From an uncultured Candidatus Saccharibacteria bacterium (GTDB lineage: Bacteria; Patescibacteriota; Minisyncoccia; Phycocordibacterales; DSPV01), in contig CAZTXT010000001.1 of assembly GCA_964617735.1 (NCBI GenBank), forward strand, positions 12,260 through 76,259: 64,000 nucleotides of DNA, read 5' to 3'. The translations under genes and the position numbers were made by a program. Position 1 is the first letter of the stretch, and every line of letters begins with the position of its first letter. Shown piece after piece: positions 55,197-64,000 of the stretch. Under the pieces are notes generated by a model that saw only the letters and a list, made by a program, of their open reading frames with translations, had not been told where the DNA came from and did no database searches.

Positions 55197-55922
55197 CTAT
55201 GTCGAGGGCGGCTTAAACAGCGACGCAGCATGGGAAAAATCATCGGGATAGGGGGCGGTCGCAGCGATCTCTTTGCCATTTTGATCGAGCAATTGAATCA
55301 TATACGAGTGCAGCGCCGTGCGTTTAAAACCAAGCGCAAAACCGCGCTTGGGAGCGTAGAGCATATCAGAGACGACGGGATGATTGATAGCCTTAAAATG
55401 CACTCTGATCTGATGCGTGCGGCCGGTTTTCGGCTGGGCCTCGACGAAGCTAAAGCCGTCTTTGCGCGCAAGCACTTTAAACCAGGTTACTGCTTCTCTG
55501 AGCGTGCCTCGCGCGCCGCGCCCAGCTGACCACTGCCTGAAATCAGAGACACTGCGGCCGATAGGCTTATCGATGATGCCGCGGTCGTCTCTGACCTCGC
55601 CCCAGAGGAAAGCATGGTAGGTCTTATGAACTTCCCGATTCTGAAAAAGATGCTTGAGATGCAGAAAAGATCTCTGCGTTTTCGCAACGACTATCGCTCC
55701 CGATGTCTCGCGATCCAAGCGATGCACGATGCCGGGGCGCGGGATTTCAATGCCCCCCTCAAGCCCCAGCGGCTCGCCGACTTCCTTTATGGACGGATAG
55801 TTCTCAATCAGCCAATCGACCAAAGTCGGCTCCGTGGTTTTTCCATCTGCATGAACGATTAAGCCAGCGGGTTTATTGATGATCAGTATCTGATCATCGT
55901 CATAAAGGATAGGTATCTCCAT
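55197..55922 (-). CDS. RluA-family pseudouridine synthase
   Basis: Catalytic motif HRLDRETSG, family length; 241 aa. Confidence 0.85.
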   Translation of the reverse strand: MEIPILYDDDQILIINKPAGLIVHADGKTTEPTLVDWLIENYPSIKEVGEPLGLEGGIEIPRPGIVHRLDRETSGAIVVAKTQRSFLHLKHLFQNREVHKTYHAFLWGEVRDDRGIIDKPIGRSVSDFRQWSAGRGARGTLREAVTWFKVLARKDGFSFVEAQPKTGRTHQIRVHFKAINHPVVSDMLYAPKRGFALGFKRTALHSYMIQLLDQNGKEIAATAPYPDDFSHAASLFKPPST

Positions 55923-56975
55923 TTACGGAACGAGCGAACGCTCTGAAACCAGCACCGAGACTTCCGATACGACGAAGGCGTGGTAGACGCAATAGATGCC
56001 GGCGATGAGTATGAGCAGCATGATGACTATGATCGTGTGACGAGTTCGTTTGTCATGCCGAACCACAAGCACCGCCGCGAGCACGAACAAAAGCAGAAGG
56101 CTGATGATGATGTAGGCAATCGCGAGCAGATGTGTGGGACTCGATACGAGGTGCTCGAGACGCGAGGCGTACTGGGGTGGCGCAGATACAGGAGCAACAG
56201 AGACGTCGCCGGATGGCTCTTTATTTTCGACGGCGACGAACGTCTGACTACTCGATTCACCCAAGACTGTTGAAGAAGCGACGGGAGTGGGCCGGGGAAT
56301 TGAAGCAGTAGTGGACGCTGTCGGCTTCTTCGCTAACGATGCCGAAACCGCGCTTTGGGTCACTGCCGCGACCGATGCTGGTCGTGGAGTGCCGAACATT
56401 TGGACCACAAACAGCGTGTCGTGCCCTTCATAGACGCCGCGCGCCGTGGCGATGCCGATCTCTTTGAAATGCTCATTGAGGATATTGGCACGGTGAGACG
56501 GAGAATCCATCCATGCCGTATTGACCGCAGCGGAATCGTCGAAATAAACCGCCAAATTCTCTCCGGCATACGAGAATTGATAACCCGCCTTCTTGATCCA
56601 ATCCCATGGGCTCGTCCCGTCGGGGCCGTAGTGCGCAAAATATCCCTTGGCCGCCATATCATCCGCTTTCATCTGGGCGGCCTGTGCAAGCTCAGAGTTC
56701 ACCGAAAGCGAGCCGAGCGCAAAACCCGCGCGATCGGCGTTGGCAAGGTCAACCAGTACCGCAGGGAGAACCGTCGCAAAAAAGTCCGAGGTTCTAAGAA
56801 CGATCCGCTGTATCTGTGATGCGAAAAAAGCCCCGAGGATGAATACGAGGACGAATGCGACTCCCGCCGCGCGCAACAGATACGGCCTGAAGCTGTTGCT
56901 CTCATGCGGCACCACGTATTTCCTCGCTAGTCGTTTCATAAAAGTGATTATGCAATAAAGACCTCCGAAACGCAA
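55923..56975 (-). CDS. CAP/SCP/PR-1-like domain protein with N- and C-terminal TM anchors
   Basis: CAP signature elements (HYGPDG...GENLA...W.DSPSHRANIL); Ser/Thr/Pro linker and C-terminal TM. Confidence 0.65.
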   Translation of the reverse strand: MRFGGLYCIITFMKRLARKYVVPHESNSFRPYLLRAAGVAFVLVFILGAFFASQIQRIVLRTSDFFATVLPAVLVDLANADRAGFALGSLSVNSELAQAAQMKADDMAAKGYFAHYGPDGTSPWDWIKKAGYQFSYAGENLAVYFDDSAAVNTAWMDSPSHRANILNEHFKEIGIATARGVYEGHDTLFVVQMFGTPRPASVAAVTQSAVSASLAKKPTASTTASIPRPTPVASSTVLGESSSQTFVAVENKEPSGDVSVAPVSAPPQYASRLEHLVSSPTHLLAIAYIIISLLLLFVLAAVLVVRHDKRTRHTIIVIMLLILIAGIYCVYHAFVVSEVSVLVSERSLVP

Positions 56976-56976
56976 A

Positions 56977-57004
56977 GCCCGTCCCGACCTAGGTCGGGAC
57001 GGGC
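56977..57004 (-). terminator. terminator hairpin downstream of the 57028..60249 gene
   Basis: Perfect 13-bp stem GCCCGTCCCGACC-ta-GGTCGGGACGGGC. Confidence 0.5.
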
Positions 57005-57027
57005 TTGATTAGATCGGACGGTTGAAC

Positions 57028-60000
57028 CTAGAAAATCTTCTTGAGGAAATTACCGATGCGCTGCCAGAAACCAGTCTTGGGTTGACCCACCGAATTGATG
57101 ACGGCGGCCGAAGAAGATTGCTTCTTGATCGAACCGACATCGGGAGTAGGAGTCTCTTTAGGCGCTGAAGTACCGGCAGGCGCGGGCGTCACTGACGGAT
57201 GAACAGTCGTGTTCTGAGTGGGAAATGCCGAGTCGCCCATCGCTTTTATGCGCGCGATCTCATCGAGCTGCTGCTGCGTCAGCGGAAATTCTTTCGTGAA
57301 CTTGCAATAGGACTCGTTGATCTTCTTACGCGTCGTGTAGTAGACGTAACCGGTCGAACGCGTTGCACCCCACGGAGCGAGAATATCTTTGGCATAGCGT
57401 AGCTGGAAGGCGTGCACGGCTTTATAGGAGGCGGCATCATAGATGCCCGTGTCGGAAACATCGGTGAATCCTTCCAGGTCACGCAGGAAGCGCTGGAGAC
57501 GAGATACCTGCGTCGAATCGTTCTTCCGATCGATGTGGATGTAGCTGGTCAGGTACTGATCACAGTCTTCAGCAGAAACACCGAGTACCTGTCCGGTCGG
57601 TCCGGTCGAAGCGCCGAGCACTTGACCCACGGGTCCTCCGCTGCCTCCGCCGCCGATCGGCCCATTACCCGGAGGAGGGTTGCCGCCACCGCCTCCACCA
57701 CCCCCGCCCGGAGGCGTCGGGGTGTTAACGGTTACCGTTCGAGTAGTCGTAGCACCTAAAGCACCCGAATCAGTCACTGAATAGGTCCGGGTGTAAGAAC
57801 CTGCAGTGTTCGTATCTACTGTACCCGTCATAACGATGCTTGCGGTAAGATCGCCATCTTCAACATCCGACGCGGTCGCACCCGGATCGGTGAACGTGTC
57901 GCCGACCGTAAGGCTCATCGGGTTCGCTCCATTAAGGGTTATCGTCGGCGGATTATTCGTTGGACCCCCGCCTGAAGCAGTGTCGTCGTTGGTGATCGTG
58001 CATGACTTCACATCGCCTGCAGAAAGGGTGATGTTCCCGCTTGAATCGCAATCACCGCCGATGGTCGCCGTGTAGTTGGGATCAGCAGTCTCCGAAACGG
58101 TATGTGCCCCGACGGTGGTCGTCGTAGTCGCGCCCGAAACAACCGGGCTTCCGTCGATGAAGAGCGGAAAATCAGAGACTTGCTTGGTACCACCGTTGTC
58201 ATTGACGACAATCTTCACGACGGTAAGTGTCGGTACAAACGCGGCGCAATCGGGATCCGCAAGGTCGGTCAGATCGTCACCGTCATTGTCGATGCCGTCG
58301 GTACAGAGCGGCAAGGTATTTTCAACCGGTTGAGCGACCACATGCACCGTCCTTTTAACCTGGACCGCAGGGTTGCCGGCGGCATCACTGACATCATAGG
58401 TAACCCTGTAGGTGCCGAGCGTAGAGGTGTCGACAGGATTTGACGTTACGATGCTTGCGGTCAGATCACCATCGACGATGTCCTGTGCCGTCGCACCCGC
58501 ATCGGTATAAATCGTATTTTGAGTTACATCGAGAGTCGCCGCTCCGGTTAACGTAATGATGGGAGGCGTCGTATCCTCTACGAGAACCGTGGCCGTGTCA
58601 GAGCCAGTATTGCCGGATGAGTCGGCTACAGAACAACTGATCGTACTGGTGCTCAGCGGGAAGGTATCGCCGGTGGCGAAATTGCAAGAAACGGAGCCTG
58701 AGAGATCACCGTCAACGATGTCAGTCGCAGTTACGGTAAAGCTCGCCGGGGTGCCCGAGGGACCGGTTGCTTCAAGGGTTTGAGTATCCGGACTGATCTC
58801 CACGTCGGGTGCTGTCGTGTCCTCTACAGTCACCGAGAATGCGACGCCAGCGCCGACATTACCCGAAGAGTCCGTGGCCGTACACGCGACTTGCGTCGTG
58901 CCGAGCGGGAAGGTACTTCCCGAGACCGGTGTGCAGGAAGTAGGTATGGTGCCATCTGCGTCATCCGTTGCGGTTACCGCAGGATACGTTACGGTGGCGC
59001 CTGCAGGACCGGTCGCCTCGGTAACGATATTAGTTTGCGTATTGATAACGGGAGCATTTACATCAGAAACCGTAACCGTTCGCGTCTTCTCGACGGCAGG
59101 ATTACCGGCGGCATCGATGGCGTTGTAGGTGATCACATATACGCCCGGGACGCTGGTATTGATCGTATCGCCCCCCGTCGTCACCGAAACGGAACCATCG
59201 ACTATATCAACGGCAGTAGCACCGGCGTCGACATAGGAAGCGCCGACCGTAAGATTCACGGAGCTTGACCCGTTGAGCGTTATGACCGGAGGCGTCGTGT
59301 CGACAACGGTCACCGTTGCGCTATCAGAACCCGTATTCCCCGCCGCGTCCGTCGCTGAACAGGTGACGGTTGCGGTTCCGAGAGCGAACGTAGCGCCTGA
59401 CGCGATAGTACAAGTTGCAGATCCGGAGATATCTCCATCAACGGTATCTAGTGCGCTAACGGTGTAGTTCCCAACCGCGCCCGAGGGGCTGGTTGCTTCA
59501 AGGGTTTGAGTGCCGGGAGTTATGGTTACGACCGGAGGAGTGGTATCAGGAGTAGCAGCATCATCATTGGTGACTATACAGCTGTAATTCTCGCCAGCTA
59601 CTACAGTCACTGAGCCATTGGTAGTGGTCGCATTATTACCACTGCAGATAACACTGGTCTGGTTATACCCCGGATGGGCATCTTCCGTAACGCTATAAGT
59701 ACCAGGGTTCAGAAGAAAATCCTGACCATTTTCTGAACCGGAGAATGACTGACTTGCGAAGTGGAGTGTGAAAGCTGAAGAGGTCGCGGTTCCGCCATTA
59801 TCATTCACGACATGCTTCTTTACTGTTACTACCCCCTGCGTCGGTGCAGCAACACACTGGTTCACGCTGAACAGATGGCTGTCATTACCCGTTGGTTGAC
59901 CATGGTAGAGGTAAATGATAATGATATTTCCCCCTTGAGTCGGAGTGAACGTGCCAAGAGTAACATTATGGAAAGGAGTATCGGCTCCAGAAGCGACAGC

Positions 60001-60249
60001 GGTAGTCGATGTTGCATGTCCGTCACCTATATCGATGCTATACGGTCCCCCAGCACTACCAGTTTGACCACTTACCACGACGCTTAACGGACCGGCGATG
60101 CAGTGGCCCGTGTATGGCTGACCATTGATACTGTTAATGGTAACGGATGCCGCAGCAAGTGTTTTTAACGGATTGACGACACCAACGAGAAGCGCAACGA
60201 CGGCGAGAGCCGCAATCGCTTTCCCCACAAAACCTTTATGTATATGCAT
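57028..60249 (-). CDS. giant surface protein: signal peptide, multiple HYR/Ig-like (DUF5011-type) repeats, Gly/Pro-rich linker, C-terminal peptidoglycan-binding-like domain
   Basis: Repeats of ...DTTPPVITLNG...VDGDLS...C...TD.AGN...TVTV...; PGGGGGGGGGNPPPGNG linker; C-terminal QVSRLQRFLRDLEGFTDVSDTGIYDAASYKAVHAFQ matches the PG_binding_1 pattern. Confidence 0.75.
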   Translation of the reverse strand: MHIHKGFVGKAIAALAVVALLVGVVNPLKTLAAASVTINSINGQPYTGHCIAGPLSVVVSGQTGSAGGPYSIDIGDGHATSTTAVASGADTPFHNVTLGTFTPTQGGNIIIIYLYHGQPTGNDSHLFSVNQCVAAPTQGVVTVKKHVVNDNGGTATSSAFTLHFASQSFSGSENGQDFLLNPGTYSVTEDAHPGYNQTSVICSGNNATTTNGSVTVVAGENYSCIVTNDDAATPDTTPPVVTITPGTQTLEATSPSGAVGNYTVSALDTVDGDISGSATCTIASGATFALGTATVTCSATDAAGNTGSDSATVTVVDTTPPVITLNGSSSVNLTVGASYVDAGATAVDIVDGSVSVTTGGDTINTSVPGVYVITYNAIDAAGNPAVEKTRTVTVSDVNAPVINTQTNIVTEATGPAGATVTYPAVTATDDADGTIPTSCTPVSGSTFPLGTTQVACTATDSSGNVGAGVAFSVTVEDTTAPDVEISPDTQTLEATGPSGTPASFTVTATDIVDGDLSGSVSCNFATGDTFPLSTSTISCSVADSSGNTGSDTATVLVEDTTPPIITLTGAATLDVTQNTIYTDAGATAQDIVDGDLTASIVTSNPVDTSTLGTYRVTYDVSDAAGNPAVQVKRTVHVVAQPVENTLPLCTDGIDNDGDDLTDLADPDCAAFVPTLTVVKIVVNDNGGTKQVSDFPLFIDGSPVVSGATTTTTVGAHTVSETADPNYTATIGGDCDSSGNITLSAGDVKSCTITNDDTASGGGPTNNPPTITLNGANPMSLTVGDTFTDPGATASDVEDGDLTASIVMTGTVDTNTAGSYTRTYSVTDSGALGATTTRTVTVNTPTPPGGGGGGGGGNPPPGNGPIGGGGSGGPVGQVLGASTGPTGQVLGVSAEDCDQYLTSYIHIDRKNDSTQVSRLQRFLRDLEGFTDVSDTGIYDAASYKAVHAFQLRYAKDILAPWGATRSTGYVYYTTRKKINESYCKFTKEFPLTQQQLDEIARIKAMGDSAFPTQNTTVHPSVTPAPAGTSAPKETPTPDVGSIKKQSSSAAVINSVGQPKTGFWQRIGNFLKKIF

Positions 60250-60430
60250 AAATCTTTATATAAACTCCTTTAGTAAATCGTATGATATCTTGACGTCAAA
60301 AAAATTTTGTTTTGCGAATTGTCCATTCGCTTAGTTAGGGGTATCCTACGCAGCACTTACGAAATGTCAATGACTTTCGCATCGATGCTATACACCTCTT
60401 TTCCCCACTCTGTCCACAGTAGCAAAAACA

Positions 60431-60464
60431 CAAAACAGCCCCGCTTTCGCGGGGCTGTTTTCTT
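60431..60464 (-). terminator. rho-independent terminator downstream of the giant repeat-protein gene
   Basis: CAGCCCCGC-tttc-GCGGGGCTG flanked by A/T runs. Confidence 0.65.
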
Positions 60465-60487
60465 GACACCGAGCTGCCTCTTCTTAG

Positions 60488-63400
60488 TTAGTTAAGAGGA
60501 CAATTCTCGGGGAAGGTGAACTGTGCTGCGGCTGCTTCATACTGGCTCTTCGTGCCGGGGAAGGCATTGTTGAAGATGCTGATGACCTGCGCCGTGCTCA
60601 ACGGGTTCTGCAAGGATGCCGAATTCATCAAGGCTCCCACTGCAGCCCTACCGAGCATGTTCAGTCCTCCTCCACCTTGCGAGAGCACCTGAACAAGAGT
60701 CATTCCAGGGAATGCATTCTCAAAGACTGCGGAGAATTGCTCATCTGGAGTGAAGCCCGTACCGTTGTAGCTTGCGAAGTGCTGCGGCTGCTTCCAATAG
60801 CCTGGTGAGCAGTACTGCGCTTGCGGCTGGTTGACCGTCAGAACTTCAGTCTGACAGGCGCTCGTTGCAGCCGTGTTCTTGCTGTCACCCGAGTACACCA
60901 CCTGCCAGTTGTAGGTACCGGCAGCGGTGGGTGTGAAGTCACCCGAGTTCGGGATCAACCCGTTCGTAACCGTTTGGCCGCTGGTGAAGACCGGCGTGCC
61001 ACTGCAGGATGAGCCGGCATAGACGTTGTACGTCGCCGTTCCACCCGCATCAGCCGTAGCTCCTGAAAGAGTCGCCGAGTCGTGCACCGGTGTGTTGACA
61101 TTCACTGTTGTCGTCGCGAGTTGCGTTGCGACGGTCGGCTGATTCTTTGCTACCGTGAGCGGTTCACACTGGCCAACGCTCGAGTTGTAGAGACTGTCTC
61201 CACCGTAGCTCGCCTTGTAGGAGAGTCCGGGAACACCAGCGGTCGTCGCGCTCGTTTCGGCGCTGCCGCCGGAAAGCGCTACAACCTGGGGCGCACCATT
61301 GGTTTGTTGACAAGAAACATCAGAGTAGAGCTGGAAGCTGACCGAACCGGTCGGTGTCGCACCCGAACCAGAGACAGTCGCTTTGTCATGCACCTGATCA
61401 CCTATCGCCGCCGACGTGATAACCGCGTGGGAAGCATTGTGGATCTCGGTGACGGTATTCGAGTCGAGCTTGTTGGTCGTAACCGGTTCTGCCTCGCAAC
61501 CGCTTGAAGCTGGATTGTTGTTCACATCGCCCAAGTAGTCAGCCGTCCAGTGATACGTCCCTACGACAAGACTTGTGTAGCCCGGCGAGGTTGCGTACGG
61601 AGCTGAAGTATCAGTGTCGGTGTAGACTGCCGGACCCTGACAGGAATTGTCACCCGGAGCATAGAGCTTGAAGGTTACCGAGCCCGTCGGTGAGTTGCCA
61701 CCGGAGACCGTAGCGGTGTCGTTGAGCACCGTGCCGACCGGGCCGCCTGCTGATGGAGTGGTCGAGATCTGCGGAGAGACTTTATTGATCGTGAGCGGCT
61801 CGCATGCGCCTACGCTCGAATCATAATTTGTGTCACCTGAATATGAAGCGCGGAAACCGTAGCTACCGGCTGCGAGTGGGCCTTCCGAATTTGACGGATG
61901 GGCCACACCGCTACCGTCGAGTGCTACCGTTCCTGCTCCAACAGATTGCGCATCGCAGACGAGAGCGCCCGGACCACTGAAGAAGGTGAAGGTCACCGTT
62001 CCCGTCGGAGTCGGACCTGAACCGGTAACGGTCGCCTTATCATGGACGGTTGTACCCGCATCAGCGGATGTAATGACTGCTTCCGCAGCGTTGTGGATCT
62101 CGGTGGTGGTGTGGGAAGCGATCTTGTTGACGCCCAGCGGCTCACACAAAGCATCGCTCGGGTTGTAGGTACCATCACCATTGTAGTGTGCCTTGAACGA
62201 GTAGGAACCTGCGGAGAGTGGGCCTTCGGTGTTTGAAGGATCAGCAATGCCGCCGGAGAGCGCTACGCTTCCTGCAGCAGTTCCCTGCCCTTCACAAACA
62301 CCATTGTTGTAGAAGGTGAAATCAACCGTGCCGGTCGGAGTCGGACCTGAACCGGAAACAGTTGCGCTGTCGTGTACAGATGATCCAGCATTGACTGTAG
62401 TAGTAGCCTGGTGCTGGGCATCATGAATGGTCGTAACAATGTTCGAATCTATCTTCTGCCAGTTCTTGGTAGCATTCGCGCTATTTGAGTTTAAACCATC
62501 CGTCGTGCGGTGAAGAGTAACTCCGCCTACCACCACATCAGTGGTCGCGCTCACTACAGTCGTACCAACCACTGCAGAAGTCAGCGTCACTGAACAGGAA
62601 CCAGTGCCGCCTGAAGTCGTACACGGATTAGTCGTGGTGAAGCTGCCGGGGCCGGAAACGATAGCGAGCGTGATGGACGTTCCATCCGGAGCGCTCACAT
62701 AGCCGCCCGTGCCGGTATTCACATTTACATGTGCCGTGAGGATGTGATTGTCGCCGACCGGGTCAGTATCCTCTGCCGGAGCTACCTGGATGTTGGCATC
62801 AACCCAGGTTTTGGTCGCCGGTCCGCTGTTACCTGCTGTACCATTCGTCGTGACCGATATCGGGATCGCGTTTACCGTAACCGTTGAAGATGCGTTCACT
62901 ACTGTAACGCCCGCAGTCGGCGATGTGAGGCCGTCGGTGCAAGAGCCCGTGCCACCGGAAGTCGTGCAGGTCGGGGTGTCGAACGTTCCCGGACCACTCG
63001 CCTTCGAGAAGCCGGTAATCGTTCCATCCGGAGCGTTCGCGAATCCTGAACCGTTATCTACATCCACATGCGCTGTGAAGATGTGCTTGTGGTTGATCTC
63101 ATTCGTACCATCCGGAGTAATGCTGATCTTCGCACTCACCCAGTGCTTCGTTGCAGGACCACTGTTGCCGGCTGAACCGTTAGTCGTGCGATGCAACGAT
63201 ACGCCACCAACAGAGACATCCGTGGAAGCGCTGACAACGGTCGTACCCGTTACTGCAGAGTTGAGGGTATCGGTGCAAGAGCCTGTGCCACCGGAAGTCG
63301 TGCAGGTCGGACTGGTAAGAGAGCCGGGGCCTGAATCAATAGAGAGATTGACGAGCGTACCATCCGGAGCGCTCACATAGCCGCCCGTGCCGGTGTTCAC

Positions 63401-64000
63401 ATTCACGTGGACCGTAAGTGTGTGCGGGTCACCGACCTTGTTCGATGCTTCGGCGGGAGTTATCTGGATGTTCGCATCAACCCAGGTCTTCGTAACCGAA
63501 CCGCTATTACCATTAGAACCATTGGTCGTAACTGAAATGGTGGTTCCGCCGATCGTAACATTGCTCGATGCATTGACTGTATCAACACCCGGAGTTGCTG
63601 AATTGTCAGTAACAGTGCAGGAGCCCGTGCCACCCGCAGTCGTGCAGGGTGATCCCGTAATCGTCCCCGGACCAGTCGCCTTTACGACTGAAATCTGCGT
63701 ACCATCTGCTGCGGGAGCAAAACCTGAACCACTATCTACATCCACATGCGCGGTGAAGACGTGCTGGTGATTTATCTCATTGGTCCCCGTCGGAGTGATT
63801 GAGATCTTTGCATGAGCGATTGTTCTGCTGATGCCTGTCGATGCAGTAACGGGACTGTCAGCGCCATCGCGGGCAGAACCGGAATAATCTGTGGTAGCGC
63901 TGATCGTGTTACCCGCGCCTTCGTTTGCATGATTTACCGTATACGGAACGAGTGCCGAGTTAAGACTTGGTACACCCGCACCGCCGATTTCAGGAACACC
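60488..64000 (-). CDS. giant secreted repeat protein (tandem ~95-aa Ig-like modules with the TCTTSGGTGSCT motif); 5' end lies beyond the window
   Basis: At least 7 module repeats visible in protein and nucleotide sequence. The computed ORF begins at a GTG (63745), but the frame stays open to nt 64000 and the repeat pattern continues, so the true start is upstream of the window. Confidence 0.7.
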   Translation of the reverse strand, partial: GVPEIGGAGVPSLNSALVPYTVNHANEGAGNTISATTDYSGSARDGADSPVTASTGISRTIAHAKISITPTGTNEINHQHVFTAHVDVDSGSGFAPAADGTQISVVKATGPGTITGSPCTTAGGTGSCTVTDNSATPGVDTVNASSNVTIGGTTISVTTNGSNGNSGSVTKTWVDANIQITPAEASNKVGDPHTLTVHVNVNTGTGGYVSAPDGTLVNLSIDSGPGSLTSPTCTTSGGTGSCTDTLNSAVTGTTVVSASTDVSVGGVSLHRTTNGSAGNSGPATKHWVSAKISITPDGTNEINHKHIFTAHVDVDNGSGFANAPDGTITGFSKASGPGTFDTPTCTTSGGTGSCTDGLTSPTAGVTVVNASSTVTVNAIPISVTTNGTAGNSGPATKTWVDANIQVAPAEDTDPVGDNHILTAHVNVNTGTGGYVSAPDGTSITLAIVSGPGSFTTTNPCTTSGGTGSCSVTLTSAVVGTTVVSATTDVVVGGVTLHRTTDGLNSNSANATKNWQKIDSNIVTTIHDAQHQATTTVNAGSSVHDSATVSGSGPTPTGTVDFTFYNNGVCEGQGTAAGSVALSGGIADPSNTEGPLSAGSYSFKAHYNGDGTYNPSDALCEPLGVNKIASHTTTEIHNAAEAVITSADAGTTVHDKATVTGSGPTPTGTVTFTFFSGPGALVCDAQSVGAGTVALDGSGVAHPSNSEGPLAAGSYGFRASYSGDTNYDSSVGACEPLTINKVSPQISTTPSAGGPVGTVLNDTATVSGGNSPTGSVTFKLYAPGDNSCQGPAVYTDTDTSAPYATSPGYTSLVVGTYHWTADYLGDVNNNPASSGCEAEPVTTNKLDSNTVTEIHNASHAVITSAAIGDQVHDKATVSGSGATPTGSVSFQLYSDVSCQQTNGAPQVVALSGGSAETSATTAGVPGLSYKASYGGDSLYNSSVGQCEPLTVAKNQPTVATQLATTTVNVNTPVHDSATLSGATADAGGTATYNVYAGSSCSGTPVFTSGQTVTNGLIPNSGDFTPTAAGTYNWQVVYSGDSKNTAATSACQTEVLTVNQPQAQYCSPGYWKQPQHFASYNGTGFTPDEQFSAVFENAFPGMTLVQVLSQGGGGLNMLGRAAVGALMNSASLQNPLSTAQVISIFNNAFPGTKSQYEAAAAQFTFPENCPLN

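Noticed and set aside
57590-57730. G/C-rich repeat tract (GGC/GGT/CCG runs) that looked like a simple-sequence repeat
   Set aside because: It is in frame and encodes the Gly/Pro linker (PPGGGGGGGGGNPPPGNG) of the giant surface protein; coding low complexity rather than a non-coding repeat.
1-64000. Searched for CRISPR arrays, IS/transposase or integrase genes, and restriction-modification or other defence cassettes
   Set aside because: No regularly spaced direct repeats, no transposase/integrase/recombinase motifs, and no nuclease/methylase/STAND-ATPase signatures were seen; the only mobile-like signal is the integrase-less recA-tail insertion.

Overview
The window is a 64 kb, ~55% GC stretch with the gene content and architecture of a Candidate Phyla Radiation (Patescibacteria) genome: tightly packed genes, mostly on the minus strand.

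Identifiable content (coordinates in the feature list):
- Housekeeping and translation: ftsK, recA, efp, the rpsF-ssb-rpsR operon, tatD, four aminoacyl-tRNA ligases (metG, glyQS, ileS, argS), purB, recO, secE-nusG-rplK, folD, rplS, an RluA-family pseudouridine synthase, and two tRNAs (Arg-CCG, Leu-GAG).
- A complete-looking type IV pilus locus on the minus strand (18.5-25.6 kb): pilB, pilC, four pilin-like genes including an 848-aa beta-propeller-containing pilin-like protein, and a major pilin.
- A pyrimidine deoxynucleotide cluster: tmk, eukaryotic-type phosphomannomutase, glyA, dCMP deaminase, ThyA-family enzyme, folA, a dCTP-deaminase/dUTPase-family protein, and two nucleoside 2-deoxyribosyltransferase-like genes.
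- A MacA/MacB-type tripartite ABC exporter beside a bactofilin-repeat membrane protein.
- A VKOR/DsbA disulfide-bond pair.
- Three large surface proteins. Two are giants (HYR/Ig-like repeats with a peptidoglycan-binding tail, and a partial gene of tandem Ig-like modules running off the window end); the third is a 653-aa membrane-anchored protein at 15191..17149.

Most unusual observations:
1. ileS carries an in-frame ~200-aa histidine-phosphatase (PGAM-family) domain inserted between its zinc-knuckle motif and the DLHRPYID segment.
2. The ThyA-family enzyme has Asp at the position of the substrate-specificity Asn (E. coli N177), which predicts cytosine-nucleotide specificity. It sits among dCMP deaminase, a dCTPase/dUTPase-family gene, folA and the deoxyribosyltransferase-like genes.
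3. A 0.9 kb AT-rich two-gene insertion at the 3' end of recA is followed by a displaced, synonymously diverged copy of the last ~33 recA codons.
4. A ~120-nt element closed by a perfect 16-bp helix lies between argS and ileS and is a candidate structured RNA.

No CRISPR array, transposase, integrase or recognisable defence system was seen.
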